Shown in pieces: positions 11,913-27,393 of a stretch of 64,000 bases of DNA. The stretch is from positions 62,001 through 126,000 of the forward strand of contig JAVKOQ020000087.1 in assembly GCA_031835245.2 (NCBI GenBank), written 5' to 3'. Source of the DNA: Balamuthia mandrillaris. Lineage: Eukaryota. The notes under the pieces were generated by a model. That model saw only the letters and a list, made by a program, of their open reading frames with translations, did no database searches and was not told the DNA's origin. The translations under genes were made by a program, and so were the position numbers. Position 1 is the stretch's first letter; the number at the start of each line of letters is the position of its first letter.

Positions 11913-12399
11913 ATGAAGCTTCCTGTCTGCTTGTGCTTCTTCTTGCTTTCTTTGTTGTTGGTAAATACGATCGACTATCTTTTGCTTTCAAGATTTCAGC
12001 AATCTGAGAAGAAACCTTTAATCTTACGTTCATACTTTTGTACAAAAGGCACTACCTGGGGCCAAGTCTCAATGCCCCGATGAATGCAACGACTGCGCAG
12101 GCTCAGATAGCGGGCCTTGCTGCGGTGAGACCGTAGGAGAAAAGACCTACTGCGCGACCTACTGCCTTGTGGAGCACTACGTCTGCTGCGGCTGCGAGGT
12201 CTTCCCTGACGGGGCCTTCGTTTGTGGCGGCTGTCCCAAGGACACCACCTGCACTTACTTGAATGGCACCACGCCCACCACGGAGAGGATAGAGCCGGGC
12301 AGCAAGTGGTTCTGCGCTAGTGGTAGCAACCTCTCCCCAAGCCAGGCTCTCTTGGTGCTGGCACTGGCTTTGGCCTTTTTGCTCCTCACCATGGCGTGA
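11913..12399 (+). CDS. Small cysteine-rich secreted, probably GPI-anchored protein (132 aa, 2 exons)
   Basis: Signal peptide MKLPVCLCFFLLSLLL, intron 11961-12048, 14 Cys in exon 2, hydrophobic C-terminus ALLVLALALAFLLLTMA. Confidence 0.8.
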
Positions 12400-12706
12400 A
12401 GTGGAAGGAAGAAGAGAAAGAGAGAACAGAATAGAGGGAAGGAGGCAGAGTCCCAAGAGAGAAAAAGGCGTTGTGTAAAGACGGCAGCATGCTTATTTAT
12501 TTTTCACTCATCATTTTTTTTTTGAATAGAAGAAAAAGGGTTGGAATGAAAAAGGAAGCAAAACGAGACAGAAAAAGACAGAATAAGAACGAACAGGAAG
12601 AGACAAAGGATAGCGAAAAGAGATGGAAGGAGGAAAGCAGAAAGCAAGGATTGGGTCAAGAACCAGTGGTTGTTATTGTCAGAGCGGAAAGAAAAAGAGA
12701 AAGTAC

Positions 12707-13175
12707 TTAATAGAAGAAACCGAGGATCTTGCCACCAGTTCCGCGGCGTCGTGCTTCTTCGTGATCCATAATGCCGTAGGAAGTAGTCAAAACAAGGTAA
12801 CCAAACTGACGAGAGGGAAGAAGGTAAGAAGCCCACTTCTCGATATCTTGGAGCTTAATGTCGAATCTGGGGGAGATGACACCACACTTGTTGATTCTGC
12901 CACAAAGCTCGATGACGATCTTTCCGGCGCGGTGATCATCCACAATCTCGAACTCGCCAATGTATTCTGTGACGACAGGTGTAAAACAACAGCACAAAAA
13001 AGGCTGAAGACAGGAGGTCATAATAACGGGAAGAAAACGTACTGTGTTTAAGCATGACAGACAAGAATCTGACGATCACCTTGGAGCTAGGCCTGACCAA
13101 GACCTGGCGCTTGCCGCGCTTTTCGGCATTGTTGACGCTCTTGAGGCAGTCGTGGAGAACGCTGATGAGCACCAT
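12707..13175 (-). CDS. RPS15A: 40S ribosomal protein S15a (uS8)
   Basis: [34 protein letters not shown]...|[17 protein letters not shown]...GGKILGFFY; one coding intron and a probable 5'UTR intron. Confidence 0.97.
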
Positions 13176-13471
13176 TTTACTTTCTCTTTTTCTGCTGCAA
13201 GGTTTAAAAAAAGAACCACGGAACAAAGTTTAGTTCGAGCCACCCCGAGCAAACATGAACGCAAGCTAGCAAAAAATTGGCAGCACTTCTCCACTTACCT
13301 CGATTACGCACTGGCCCGTGGGTGGTGATGGATAGAAGGGAAGAACGAGAAGGATGAAGGATTGGCGTAGCTACCTGTTTTGCTTGTGCGTGTCGACAAA
13401 GGTGCCGATTGGTTCGGAGTTTTGCAATAATCCGTGTCGACCTGTAACAAACCAATATCGTGTCGTCGTGA

Positions 13472-16980
<3,509 letters not shown>

Positions 16981-17117
16981 GAATTAGCAAATGGAAGGAA
17001 CGAAAAAGAAACGACAAGCAAAGCGGAATGAAAACGAATGGGTGGAAAACAAGAAGAAGGAAAAGAAAGAGGCGAGAATGAAACGATGATCAAAGAAAAA
17101 AAAAAAACAACAGAATT

Positions 17118-18011
17118 TTAGTTACAACACTTTGAAGAATTGGACCGTCGTTGCTGCTGCTGCTTGGCATCTCCCAGCCGCAATGACTCCCCTTCTTCCC
17201 GTTGCAACATTTGCTGCGTGGCGTTTTTCTCCTGCTCGAACAAAGTGCGATAACGAAGAATGGACTCGGCCATGTATTGGAACAGCTCTTCTATGTTTTC
17301 GTAGGTCTTGGCGCTCGTCAGAAAGTACTGCCGCTCCTCTTGGGAGTCCGGCAGGAAGGGATAGACCGTGTGCCCACCGCTCGTCTCCACGCCGTTCCGC
17401 ACGAACGCCTCTATCTCCTCATCCGAAACGACCCTCTGCTCCGCCAAGTCCTTCTTGTTGCCCACCAATATAACGAGCGGCCAGTTGCTTATCCTTCTCT
17501 CCTTGGGGAGGCCTTCCTTGATGAGCCGGTCCATTTCGGCCAGGCGTTCCCCCAGCGACTCGAAGCTCTCCCTGTTGGTGAGGTCAAAGGTGAGGAGCAC
17601 CCCCTGGAAGCCGCGGAAAGTGAGGGTCGTTGCGGAGCCCAACTTTTCTTGTCCTGGTACATCGGCCTATGTTTGTTTAAAGGAAACGAAAAAAAAAAAG
17701 TGAGGAAGAAGTAGAATCAAAGAAACGACAAGCAAGAAGAAGAAGAATAAAAGAAAGGGCATACCACGCTGATCTTGTATTCCTGGTCAGCTATCGTAAG
17801 TTTGCGTATGGTCTGGAAAAAACAAAACGGGTAAGTTGTTCGTGAAAAAAAGAATTGCTGACGAAAATAAAAAGAACACTACCTCGTCAATGCCGATAGT
17901 TATTCTTGCGGTTTCATCGAATTCTTCTCCTTTGTACCTCCGCACGATGGAAGACTTTCCTACGCCCTCATCCCCAACGATAGCAACGTGCAACAGATCC
18001 GCTCTCTTCAT
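17118..18011 (-). CDS. Atypical Rab-like small GTPase (3 exons)
   Basis: GDEGVGKSS, TIGID, DVPGQE, LVGNKKD, TSAK and C-terminal SKCCN. Confidence 0.88.
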
Positions 18012-18191
18012 TACCAGCTCGTATTTTTTTATTGTTGAAGTTTCTGCGTGTATGATTGGTTCCTTCAGTAGATCGGCTTTGATTTTCGATTCGTCCGAAC
18101 TTAATCACGTCGTCTCGAAACCTTGGCAAAATTTCATGTCGTCGTGGAAGCTGTACACAAAAAAAAAAAAAGAATAAAATAAGAAGAAAGG

Positions 18192-19569
18192 ATGCAGTGC
18201 CCGAGAGCAGCGACGGCCGTCACCCGTTTGTCTCACGTCTACTCCCATCTCTCCCCGCTGTCCGCGGAGGAGTTCAAGGTCGCTCCAGAGGTGGCTGAGG
18301 CCTTGCGCAACAACAGGCCCGTCGTTGCTTTGGAGTCCACTATCATCTCCCATGGTAATTTTTTTTTTGGGATAGCTCTTCTTTTTCCCTCGCTTCACTC
18401 ATCCTTCTCTTTTTTTTCCCCTCCTTTCCAAAGGAATGCCGTATCCACAAAACTTGGAGACTGCGTTGCAGGTCGAACAGGTGGTCAGGGACAATGGAGC
18501 TGTGCCTGCCACCATTGCCATCCTCTCTGGCACCATTCATGTCGGTAAGTTTGCCATTCCATTTCTCGTTCTTCCTTCTTCCTCCTCCTTCTTTCTTGTT
18601 CTTCTCCCAAACTCTGTTATTTACAAGTTACATTTCAAAAAGGTCTACAAAGAGATGCTTTAGAGACTTTAGCGAAACTGGGAACCAAAGTGCGAAAGAC
18701 CTCTCGTCGAGATTTGGCTTTGGTGGTGAGCACTGGCAGTGACGGAGCAACCACCGTCTCTGCCACGTCGCTCATCGCCACAATGGCTGGCATTCCTATC
18801 TTTGCCACTGGTGGCATAGGAGGCGTCCATCGAGGCGGCGAAGTGAGTACGTAACACTTGCTTCTATTCTTCATTCTTGTTTCTTCAGCCTTTTTCCTTT
18901 TATTTCTGTCGTTCTATCTTGCTCTTACCTTTGCGAATTCTTTCTTTTCTTGGTTAAAAATATAGCAATGGATGTAAGTGCAGATCTAACAGAGTTGGGA
19001 CGGACGCCAATAGCCGTCATCTGCGCTGGTGCCAAGTCGTTGTTGGACATTGGCCGTACCCTCGAGTATCTGGTACGCTTCTCTCTCTCTCATCCAAACG
19101 TCGCAAATATATATCAATGTTATATGCTTCTTCATTCTGAATGATGTTGCAGGAAACTCAAGGAGTGACAGTGGTTGGGTACGGACAAGAAGATTTTCCA
19201 GCGTTCTTCACTCCTCGCAGTGGCCACCAAGCCTCGTGGTGCGTTCAGTTTATTTTCTTTATCGAGCTGTTTTGTTTTACTGATAATGATCCTTTTGATG
19301 GTAACAGCCGTCTTGATACTCCAGTGGAATGCGCTCGCTTGATAAGTATGTACCTGCCGCTGTTTTAATTTGGGTTAACAGCAGTCTGTTAACGAAAGCT
19401 TCTTGTCTCTCCGTTCTTCCTTTATTTATCGTTTGATGATAGACTCCAATCTGAGGCTTGGCATTGGCAGCGGACTTGTTATTGGTGTGCCAATTAAGGA
19501 AGACGATGCTGCTGAGGCATCGTTTGTTGAAGCCGCCATCCAAAAAGCGATTCGGGAAGCCGAGTACTT

Positions 19570-19616
<47 letters not shown>

Positions 19617-19761
19617 TGATAATTTTATTATGAAGTGAAAAACACATTTTAGGAAGAGATGTTACGCCATTTCTTTTAAAGCGTGTGAACGAGCTTACTG
19701 GTGGCGAGTCCCTGAAATCAAGTACGTCTCTCTCTCTCTTCTCTCCTGTCTCTACCATTTC

Positions 19762-19800
<39 letters not shown>

Positions 19801-19932
19801 CTTTCCAAGCATACCCAACTTACAATTAAACGATCAGATATTTGCCTGATAAAACAAAATGCCAAGATAGCAGCCCACATTGCTGGCGAGTTGAGCAAAC
19901 TTCGTGCTGCCCAACAAACGAAGAGCACATAA
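18192..19932 (+). CDS. psuG: Pseudouridine-5'-phosphate glycosidase (IndA/PsuG family) with a PTS2-like N-terminus
   Basis: [61 protein letters not shown]; about 9 exons. Confidence 0.95.
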
Positions 19933-19988
19933 CGACCAAGGGAAAAAATCTTTGATAAAGCTGTTTACAGCCATCTTATTCACCTTTT

Positions 19989-20026
<38 letters not shown>

Positions 20027-20097
20027 AGCTGGTCATGTACAAAGGTTTCTTGTGGAGTTACGGCAGTTAAGCGGATACTCTGCGCTCTGTGTTTGTT

Positions 20098-23000
20098 TCA
20101 ACAAAAACAACAAGCAGTTAGATGAAAGCAATCCTTTCCTATCGCAAGCGACTTTACTAACCTTGTTTGTCGTCTAAGCTCTCTGTTCTCGCGCCACTTT
20201 CCACAGAACAAATAACGAAGATCTCGCCAGCCGTACAAACGCCAACAAGGCACATTTTTGCTTTCCTCTACCTTTTCTTTCTCTTTCTGCTTCTTCTGTT
20301 TTTTCTTCATAAACAAATAGAGACTTGCGCCACAAAAGATAACGCTACCAACACAGAAGAGCAAGGCAAAAGGAAGCACGATACACGCCGCCAGATTCGC
20401 TTCACAAAAACTATCTTCTTCTTGATCTGTTTGCCCTTCTTCTTCCTGGCCCAACAATCGGTACTCTGCACGAGCTTCTTCGCTTTCAAAGACAATCGAG
20501 GAAGCGGAATTGATGAGAGGAGGAAATGCTTTCGCTCTGAAGATGGTGGTTCGGGTGATCGTCATTACTTCTCCATTATACAGCCGGGAAGAAGAAGTCA
20601 CAGGTGAGTTGTCAAGTGTGATACGAATACTCGGACTGTGTGCTTCGCCTTCTTCGTTGTTTTCTCCCGCGTTGGTTAGGTGTGGAAGAAAGATATATAC
20701 GGGAATAGAAGGTGACACAGAGGAGAAAGAAGAAGAAGGACGAGGATAAAATTGTGGCGTCGGCAACCGAGGGTAGAGCGAATATTCCCCAATCACTGGC
20801 GGACTTGGCAAATGACCATCTTGCCGTAGTGTGACAGTAATCTACAGAACGAAGAACGAGATTGAGACCAGAAAGAAGCAGGGAAAGAAGACCGAAGAAA
20901 GTGGAACGAAATCAAGGAAAGGAGTGTGTACGGTAGCGTTAGTATGCAAGATGATGGGCGGAGACAAGCTTGGATGCAACCGCAATACTTTTGGCCTCTC
21001 CTCTGACTCGAAGGCTATTGTCGCTTCAAAGTACCCCTTCTCCAGTTCCGACAACAACGGATCGTTCTTACTCAAAAGTACTCTAAAGTTGATCGCAGTG
21101 TTCACTGGATGGATTCCCGGAGGCGGATAGAGAGCAACGGAACCGATAGACGCTTTGCCCAACACACAGCGAGACTCTTCTTCATGTAACACATAACCAT
21201 CATGACATCTACAATCCTTTTTGTGTTCAAAGTTGGCCGCAGAGAAAAGAGAAAAGAGAAAAGAGAAAAAACGAACCTGAAGACGTGTTCTAGGAAATGA
21301 CGACAATGTGGAATGAGAAGGACAAGCGATGCAAGACAACGACTTCGAAAATGGCCAAGTTAGCCTGCGATCCTTCAACACGAGGGTTGGCTGTGGTGGT
21401 GCTCCTTCATACTCGCTCCGCCAAAGAGTCGTTTGTGGTGCTATCTCTTCTCCCAATTCGCTTCATTTAACGAGAGAAAGTTTTGAAAAAAGGACTAGAA
21501 AGAAAAGAACGAAAGAGCAAGAGGCGAAAAGCAAAGGAACACATACGTATCATCCGAGGAAAGAAAAACGTGGACACTATCTTCTGTTGTCACTGTTGTT
21601 GGAGTGTTCAACAGCTTGATAACTATCCTCTCGATACGTTGCTCCATTAACGGAGCAAGAAGACGAAGCCTAACCATACTCCACTGACTTTCATTTGTTG
21701 AACCGCCAGAGGCAGAAGATTGCCACATCATTTCTTGGGAGAGCGAGAAGAAAGAAGAGCTGGAGCATTCAATCCACGAAGGTGAAGCAGAAGAGGGTTG
21801 GTAGCATTCTGACACAGCGGAAATCTCGTGGCTGCCCTTTTCGTTGTTATCGCCAACATGAAGAAGTGTTATACTCTGTACGTTCCACTTTTGCTGCATT
21901 CGACGAGTGAAGTTGAAGGTAACGTATCGAACAGTATCAAAGCCCCATCCCTTTCATCACAAAGAATAATCAGTTTTTTTTAAAACTTACCACCAAACAA
22001 TAGAGAAGAACAAACCATAAAAGTACCGATTGGACATAAGCAGCCGCCGGTATTCGTACGATGACTGCCGCGTGGACAGGTAGGCAAGCACATGCCTCCT
22101 TCCTGCCACCACTCCTCTCCTTCTTTGTCGCACTTACAATGAAGCCGATGTTCTTCGTTAACTTGGTCATAGCTGTAAGATGAAGATACTGAGTGCGTCC
22201 CTGCCGGGCATCGTGATACGCAGCGATTGTCTGCCGATAGTTCGTGAGAAAGGCCACTGCAAAACACCTGTTCTCGGCCATAAAAGGAAGTCATTAGAGA
22301 ATGGAAGGATAAGAGTGAGAACGAAACGAGACAACAAGGAATATTGAAACCTTGTGATACCGTATTGGAGAGAACCATCCAAGCCAAGGAAGAGTCAACC
22401 GCCTTGAAGAATGGACATAGAGCTCATCCACGCTACCCACGAGCCAACGAAAAGACGCAGGTGAATCTTGCTCCGGTAACGCTTCGGCGTAACGCTTGCC
22501 ACCAACGGCAAGCATTGTTGCTGGTTGGTCGGTTTGTAGACCGCTGCCATCGAACCAATCGTTGCCAATGCTCTTTCCATCAAGGTAAAAGCTTATCACT
22601 CTGCCTCGTTCTTCGGCTGTTATCGCTGTGAAGGGGGAATCATAATTAACAGCTTCTCCCATGAAAAGTAGACAAATGTACCAAAGTGATGCCACTGTTG
22701 GGAAACGCGAAAGGGTTTGCTTCTGGCCACCCATTTATCATTTTTAAGGCTCTCAAATACCATCCTAAGCCATTCATTAACAAACAGAAGATTAAGCACG
22801 AAGCAAGGACACGAACCTAAGCGTAGACTTATTAATGTGGATATACCACCTCCAAAGGTCTGTTGCTTCCAACATACCAACACCTATCCCATTCCCATTC
22901 AAAGTTGCGTTCAAACTACCAAAAGAAGACCATTGAAGCCACATTTGAAGGCTAAACTGAGGACCCAGAGAAAGATGAGAGTGGAGCGACTGAGGCGGAG

Positions 23001-25782
23001 GAATGACAAGTGCTTGGTATCGGATAGACGCGTTGCAACTGGTTTCGTCTCTAGAGGCTCCGCCTGACGTCCATTCCAAAAACATATCTCTGCGAGAAGA
23101 AGAGATGGATCAGTACCGCTTTCTTCCCTCTATTCGTTCAGTGCTTCAGTTTGCTCATGTATTTCATTTCCTGTTATGCTAGTGTACGTACGGAAGAATG
23201 TTCAATCGGCATTTGCTGAGAACAATACCATCAGGAGAGTAATATCCAAGAGGCGCTTTGCGGCAAAAGTTGCCATCTGCATATTTATCCTCCGCCAGAC
23301 ATGCAAACTTACAGTTGGCATTCATGCTGCCGTACTCTGTATATACAGCTTCCTCTAGTGGTGCGTTAGCACTGCAACATTTTTGTGTGTGCCAACTTGT
23401 TAGGATTGTTTCTTTTTGCAAAGAGAGAAGGGACAAAAGCAAGAAAGAAAGTGAGAAACAGAGAACCAAGAAGAAAACATACCACAAACGACGGAGGCCA
23501 TCACCTGTACAAAAACTGCCAGGTGGACAAATGGTACAATCGCTGCCAAAGAATCCTGGCTGACATATCCCACGTGAGCTGATCTCTTTATTGTTTTCTT
23601 CTTCTTTCTCTTCTTCGTCGTTACTTTGTTGTTGAATAACATTATTCCTATTAAAGGGACGATGATATACGACTTCGGATTCCAGTTGTTCTCCAAGCAA
23701 ACGAAGAACTTGATTGCTTGGTAGAAAGCCACTGCGATACAGAGATGAAGCAGGTACATCAAGAGCTTGCGCTTGTGGATTTCTTGGAATGTACATGTGG
23801 AAGCGGTCGATGACGTCGATGGAAGAGGCTCGCCAGGCACCAACTCCATCGTTAGAAGTGTAAGCCATCATATGTTCCTTCTCAAAGCTCCAAACAAGGA
23901 GGCCTTCTTCTGCTTCCTGATTTGCAACCTCTTCATTTGCCAAAGGCAGGAGTTTCAATCGGCATTCCCATATCCCCATTGTAAGAACAGAGCTCGTCAT
24001 TGCATTTTCGTCTCCTTGCAGCGTTGAATTGCTCGGCCTCAGCTTAAACAGGCGATTCAGTTCTTCGAACTTGATGGAGAGACATTCATCAAACGAGCTC
24101 TCAGCTTGTCGTGCACGAAGTGGTGCGTTTAACTTTGCCAACAGATCCCTCAACATCCGTTCTTGCTTTCCTTGAGATGAGAGGAACTGCTCGTGACTCC
24201 ACAGTGTAATATGGTTGGCTGCCTTTGTTAAACTTTCTTCTTGTGTTTTGACACGCTCAGGTAGAGTGGATGGCGGAGAGGAATGACGAAGGACGATTCC
24301 TTGTGACAACAGCGAAAATGCTTCAAACCACTCATTCATTGCAAAGGTAAAAGAGGTCATGATGATGAGCCAACGATGAGCTGTATAGACTTGTAACAAC
24401 ACTTCCAACTCTCTTTGTCGTTGATGAAAAGAAGTAGGAGAAGAAAGACGTGTGGCGGTGGCGTTGCTATAGCGATACATGTTGTCGAGAAGAGCATCTT
24501 CGAGGGCGCGAAGGTCGTTCTTCTGCGATGTTGTCATTGGCGTCAACATATCTCCTCTTTCAGCAAGAATAGCTTCCAACTGTTGACTCCGTGATTGGAT
24601 CTCGAAGAAACTCGCTTCTGACTGCTCAAAGCTCGAAGGTAAGCCATTTAATTGTTGTTGCAGCAGTTTGATGTTGCTTAAAGAAGCGTTAAACGACTGC
24701 AGAGTGAAGTGAGGCCGAGAGACGAGATTCCAAATGGAAAACAGAGACGCGGTACTCATTTTCCAGGTATGTTCCCAATACCTTTGCCATTCTTTGTGTT
24801 GCATGATGGCTCCTTCTGGCATTTTCTGAGGGAAGAACAAGTCAGCAGCAGCAGCAACGACAACAAAAGGTGTTTTGAGTGTTACGTTACTTCTTGCAAC
24901 GTGGCTTGCATTCCAATGGCTAGCATGTTTTGCAATACAGCATGTAGCTCCTTCTGGTAGTGAAGCACCATCGTTACTGCCTTGTTGAGGGCGTGAATTG
25001 TTCGCAGATGATCAAACTCCTTCGAAAGCTACTCAAGTTGTCAGTGAAATAGAACGATAATGAGCAAAGAACTAGAAAAACAGCGAGTAGAAACCGTATT
25101 CAGCTGTAATCGGTAATCATAGTCGCAATGTTGCAAAGAGGACAGAGACGAGGTTGAACCGAGACACTGAAGCACATCTTTTCCTTCTTCCCACTGATCT
25201 TTTCTTATCATCACCGCTAACCCGTGCAAAAGAGAAGGAGAAGCATAAAGAATGAAAGAGACAGGTTTTAGCGAGTTCAGTCTTGTTATCCAATGGCGGT
25301 TATCTTCTTCTTACCGTAACACTGGTGTCTGGCATTCCACCTGCCAATAGCCTTCTCCAGTTCCTCGTTCGAACGGAGCCCACCAAGAAGCTCTCCAATG
25401 AACTTGTAGGTTGGGTGGTGGAACGTTTCTGGCATTGTTTGGCACATTCGGGTTGCGACTTGCTCGTCGTTTGGGTTGAGCTCTCCGGTGGACCATCCAT
25501 GACGGATCTCCTCCACTGGGCTTATGCAAGTGAAGAACACATCCGCTGAAGAGAAAAGCAAAGTGAGTATGCCGTTCGGTTATCTTCTTCCTTTTAAAAA
25601 ACCTAACTTGACTCATGCAACATTAGCGAGCTGGAACGCAACAAGGAAGAAGCATCCACCCCGAGGAAAAGAAGGTAGATGGCAAGCAGCCTCAAATCAC
25701 ACCAACATAACGGCACAGCGCCCATTATCCCCCAGTCTGCCTTGTACCACCACCACCACCAGCAGCTAACAAATGGTCTCAT
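20098..25782 (-). CDS. Large type-I membrane protein: helical N-terminal region, Cys-rich repeats, LamG/ConA-like, EGF-like and Fn3-associated-like modules, single TM
   Basis: Hydrophobic N-terminus; CQPGFFG..C..CPPGSFC; WHHF...FYLDG...GSVDEL; CPAG/CPRG repeats; PTPQFYP..IRITLD..P...S..Y...IFRAKAF; TM ACIVLPFALLFCVGSVIFCGASLYLF followed by KKK. Exon model partial. Confidence 0.65.
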
Positions 25783-26207
25783 GATGTTACCGAGCACAGC
25801 GCTCCCTCGCTCGCTTCAGGCTCCCCGCTGTTTCTATTTCTATTTATGCGGAAGTGATTGAATCGGCGGCAGATTTTATGTAGACATTGTGTCGACGTTC
25901 CGAAGTGACGTCATGTATCTCTGATATAGTAAGCATCGGGATCGGATGCATTATTGGGCGGTAGGTAATGCTATCGGTAATGCTAGGCGACTCGCCGCCA
26001 ACAAAAGAAAGAAACAAACAAAAAAAAAAAAAGACGAGGCAGCTGTTTTGGGTCTCTGTGTAGTATAGAAGGAGGAGCTTCTGAGTTGAACTCGGTGTTC
26101 TTCTCATTCTCACTCTCTTTTTTTTTTATTATTTTTTTTTTTGTTTGAAGCCTTTTTATTGTTATTTATTCTCTCTTCTTGTTTTCTTCAGCAACAACAA
26201 CGAGAGA

Positions 26208-27340
26208 ATGAAGAGAAAGCTCAAGTTGGGAAGCGAAAAGAAATCCAAAAAAGACAAAGAAAAACTTCGAGCCGGCTCAGGAAGGACTTCATTTCTTTCT
26301 GCTAGCAGCAGCTCCGTTGATAACAATGGACCAAATTCTTCTTCTTTTTCGGCTTCTTATACCTCCTCTCCTTCCTCTTCCTCCTCTTCCTCAACCACCT
26401 CAAGCGGCGTTCTTGTTGTGAACAGCAGTAACGCGAGCCCACAGCAACAACAGCTGTTTAATTCCAATGGTGCATTTCGTCGTTCAAGCGGCAACTTTGA
26501 GGAGAAAAGCAAGGACAAGTCCTCTTCCTCTTCCACTTCTTTGGCTCCGTTGTTGGAACGGCTGAAACATAACGACCCTACCTTGTTGGAGATTGACAGT
26601 CTTGCTCTGATGCGCGATAGCCAGCTGCAGGGACAAGACCTTGTCAAGCTTGTTTCCAAGTGTCTCATTTTGAATACTCACCTTAAAGTTCTCTCCTCGT
26701 TCTTGAACCTCTTCCTCTTCCTCTTCCTTCTTTCTCTTCTCACTCACTCATTCACTGTCTCTCTCTCTTTCTCGTTCTCTCGTTCTCCCTTCTCTGCTCT
26801 GCTCTCTGCTAATGAACACAAAACCACAACAGAAACTAGACTTATCAGGCTACTCCATGAAAGACAGTCAGATCAACAGCTTGGCCGAAGCCATCAAAGT
26901 GAACTCCACGTTGGAGCACCTCTGCCTGGGATGGACGGGACTGGGCGACGACGGAGCCGCTGTGATAGCAGCCGCTCTGGCCCAGAACGAAGGCCTCAAG
27001 TCAGTGGACCTGCGCAACAACAACCTCTCGCACAAGGCCATACGCCACCTCACCAACGCTCTGCGCGGCAACATCACGCTGTTGGACCTGAAGCTGTCCG
27101 AGGTCGCTCCTCTGGCGGTGGATGGGGATGATATCATCATCAACAAGGATTCCTCCGGCATTAAACGGCAGGAAGGCCAGGACTTGGCTGAGTTGCAGGC
27201 CGTGGTGGATTCCAACAGAGTTTTGGCAAAGGTTTGCTCCTCTCTTTCTTGTGTCTTCTTTTTTGCTTTTTTCTTTTTTGCTTTTTGTTTGGAGAGATGG
27301 CAAACAAAAGAAAGAAGAGACACGAGAAGAGAATAAGCAA

Positions 27341-27393
<53 letters not shown>

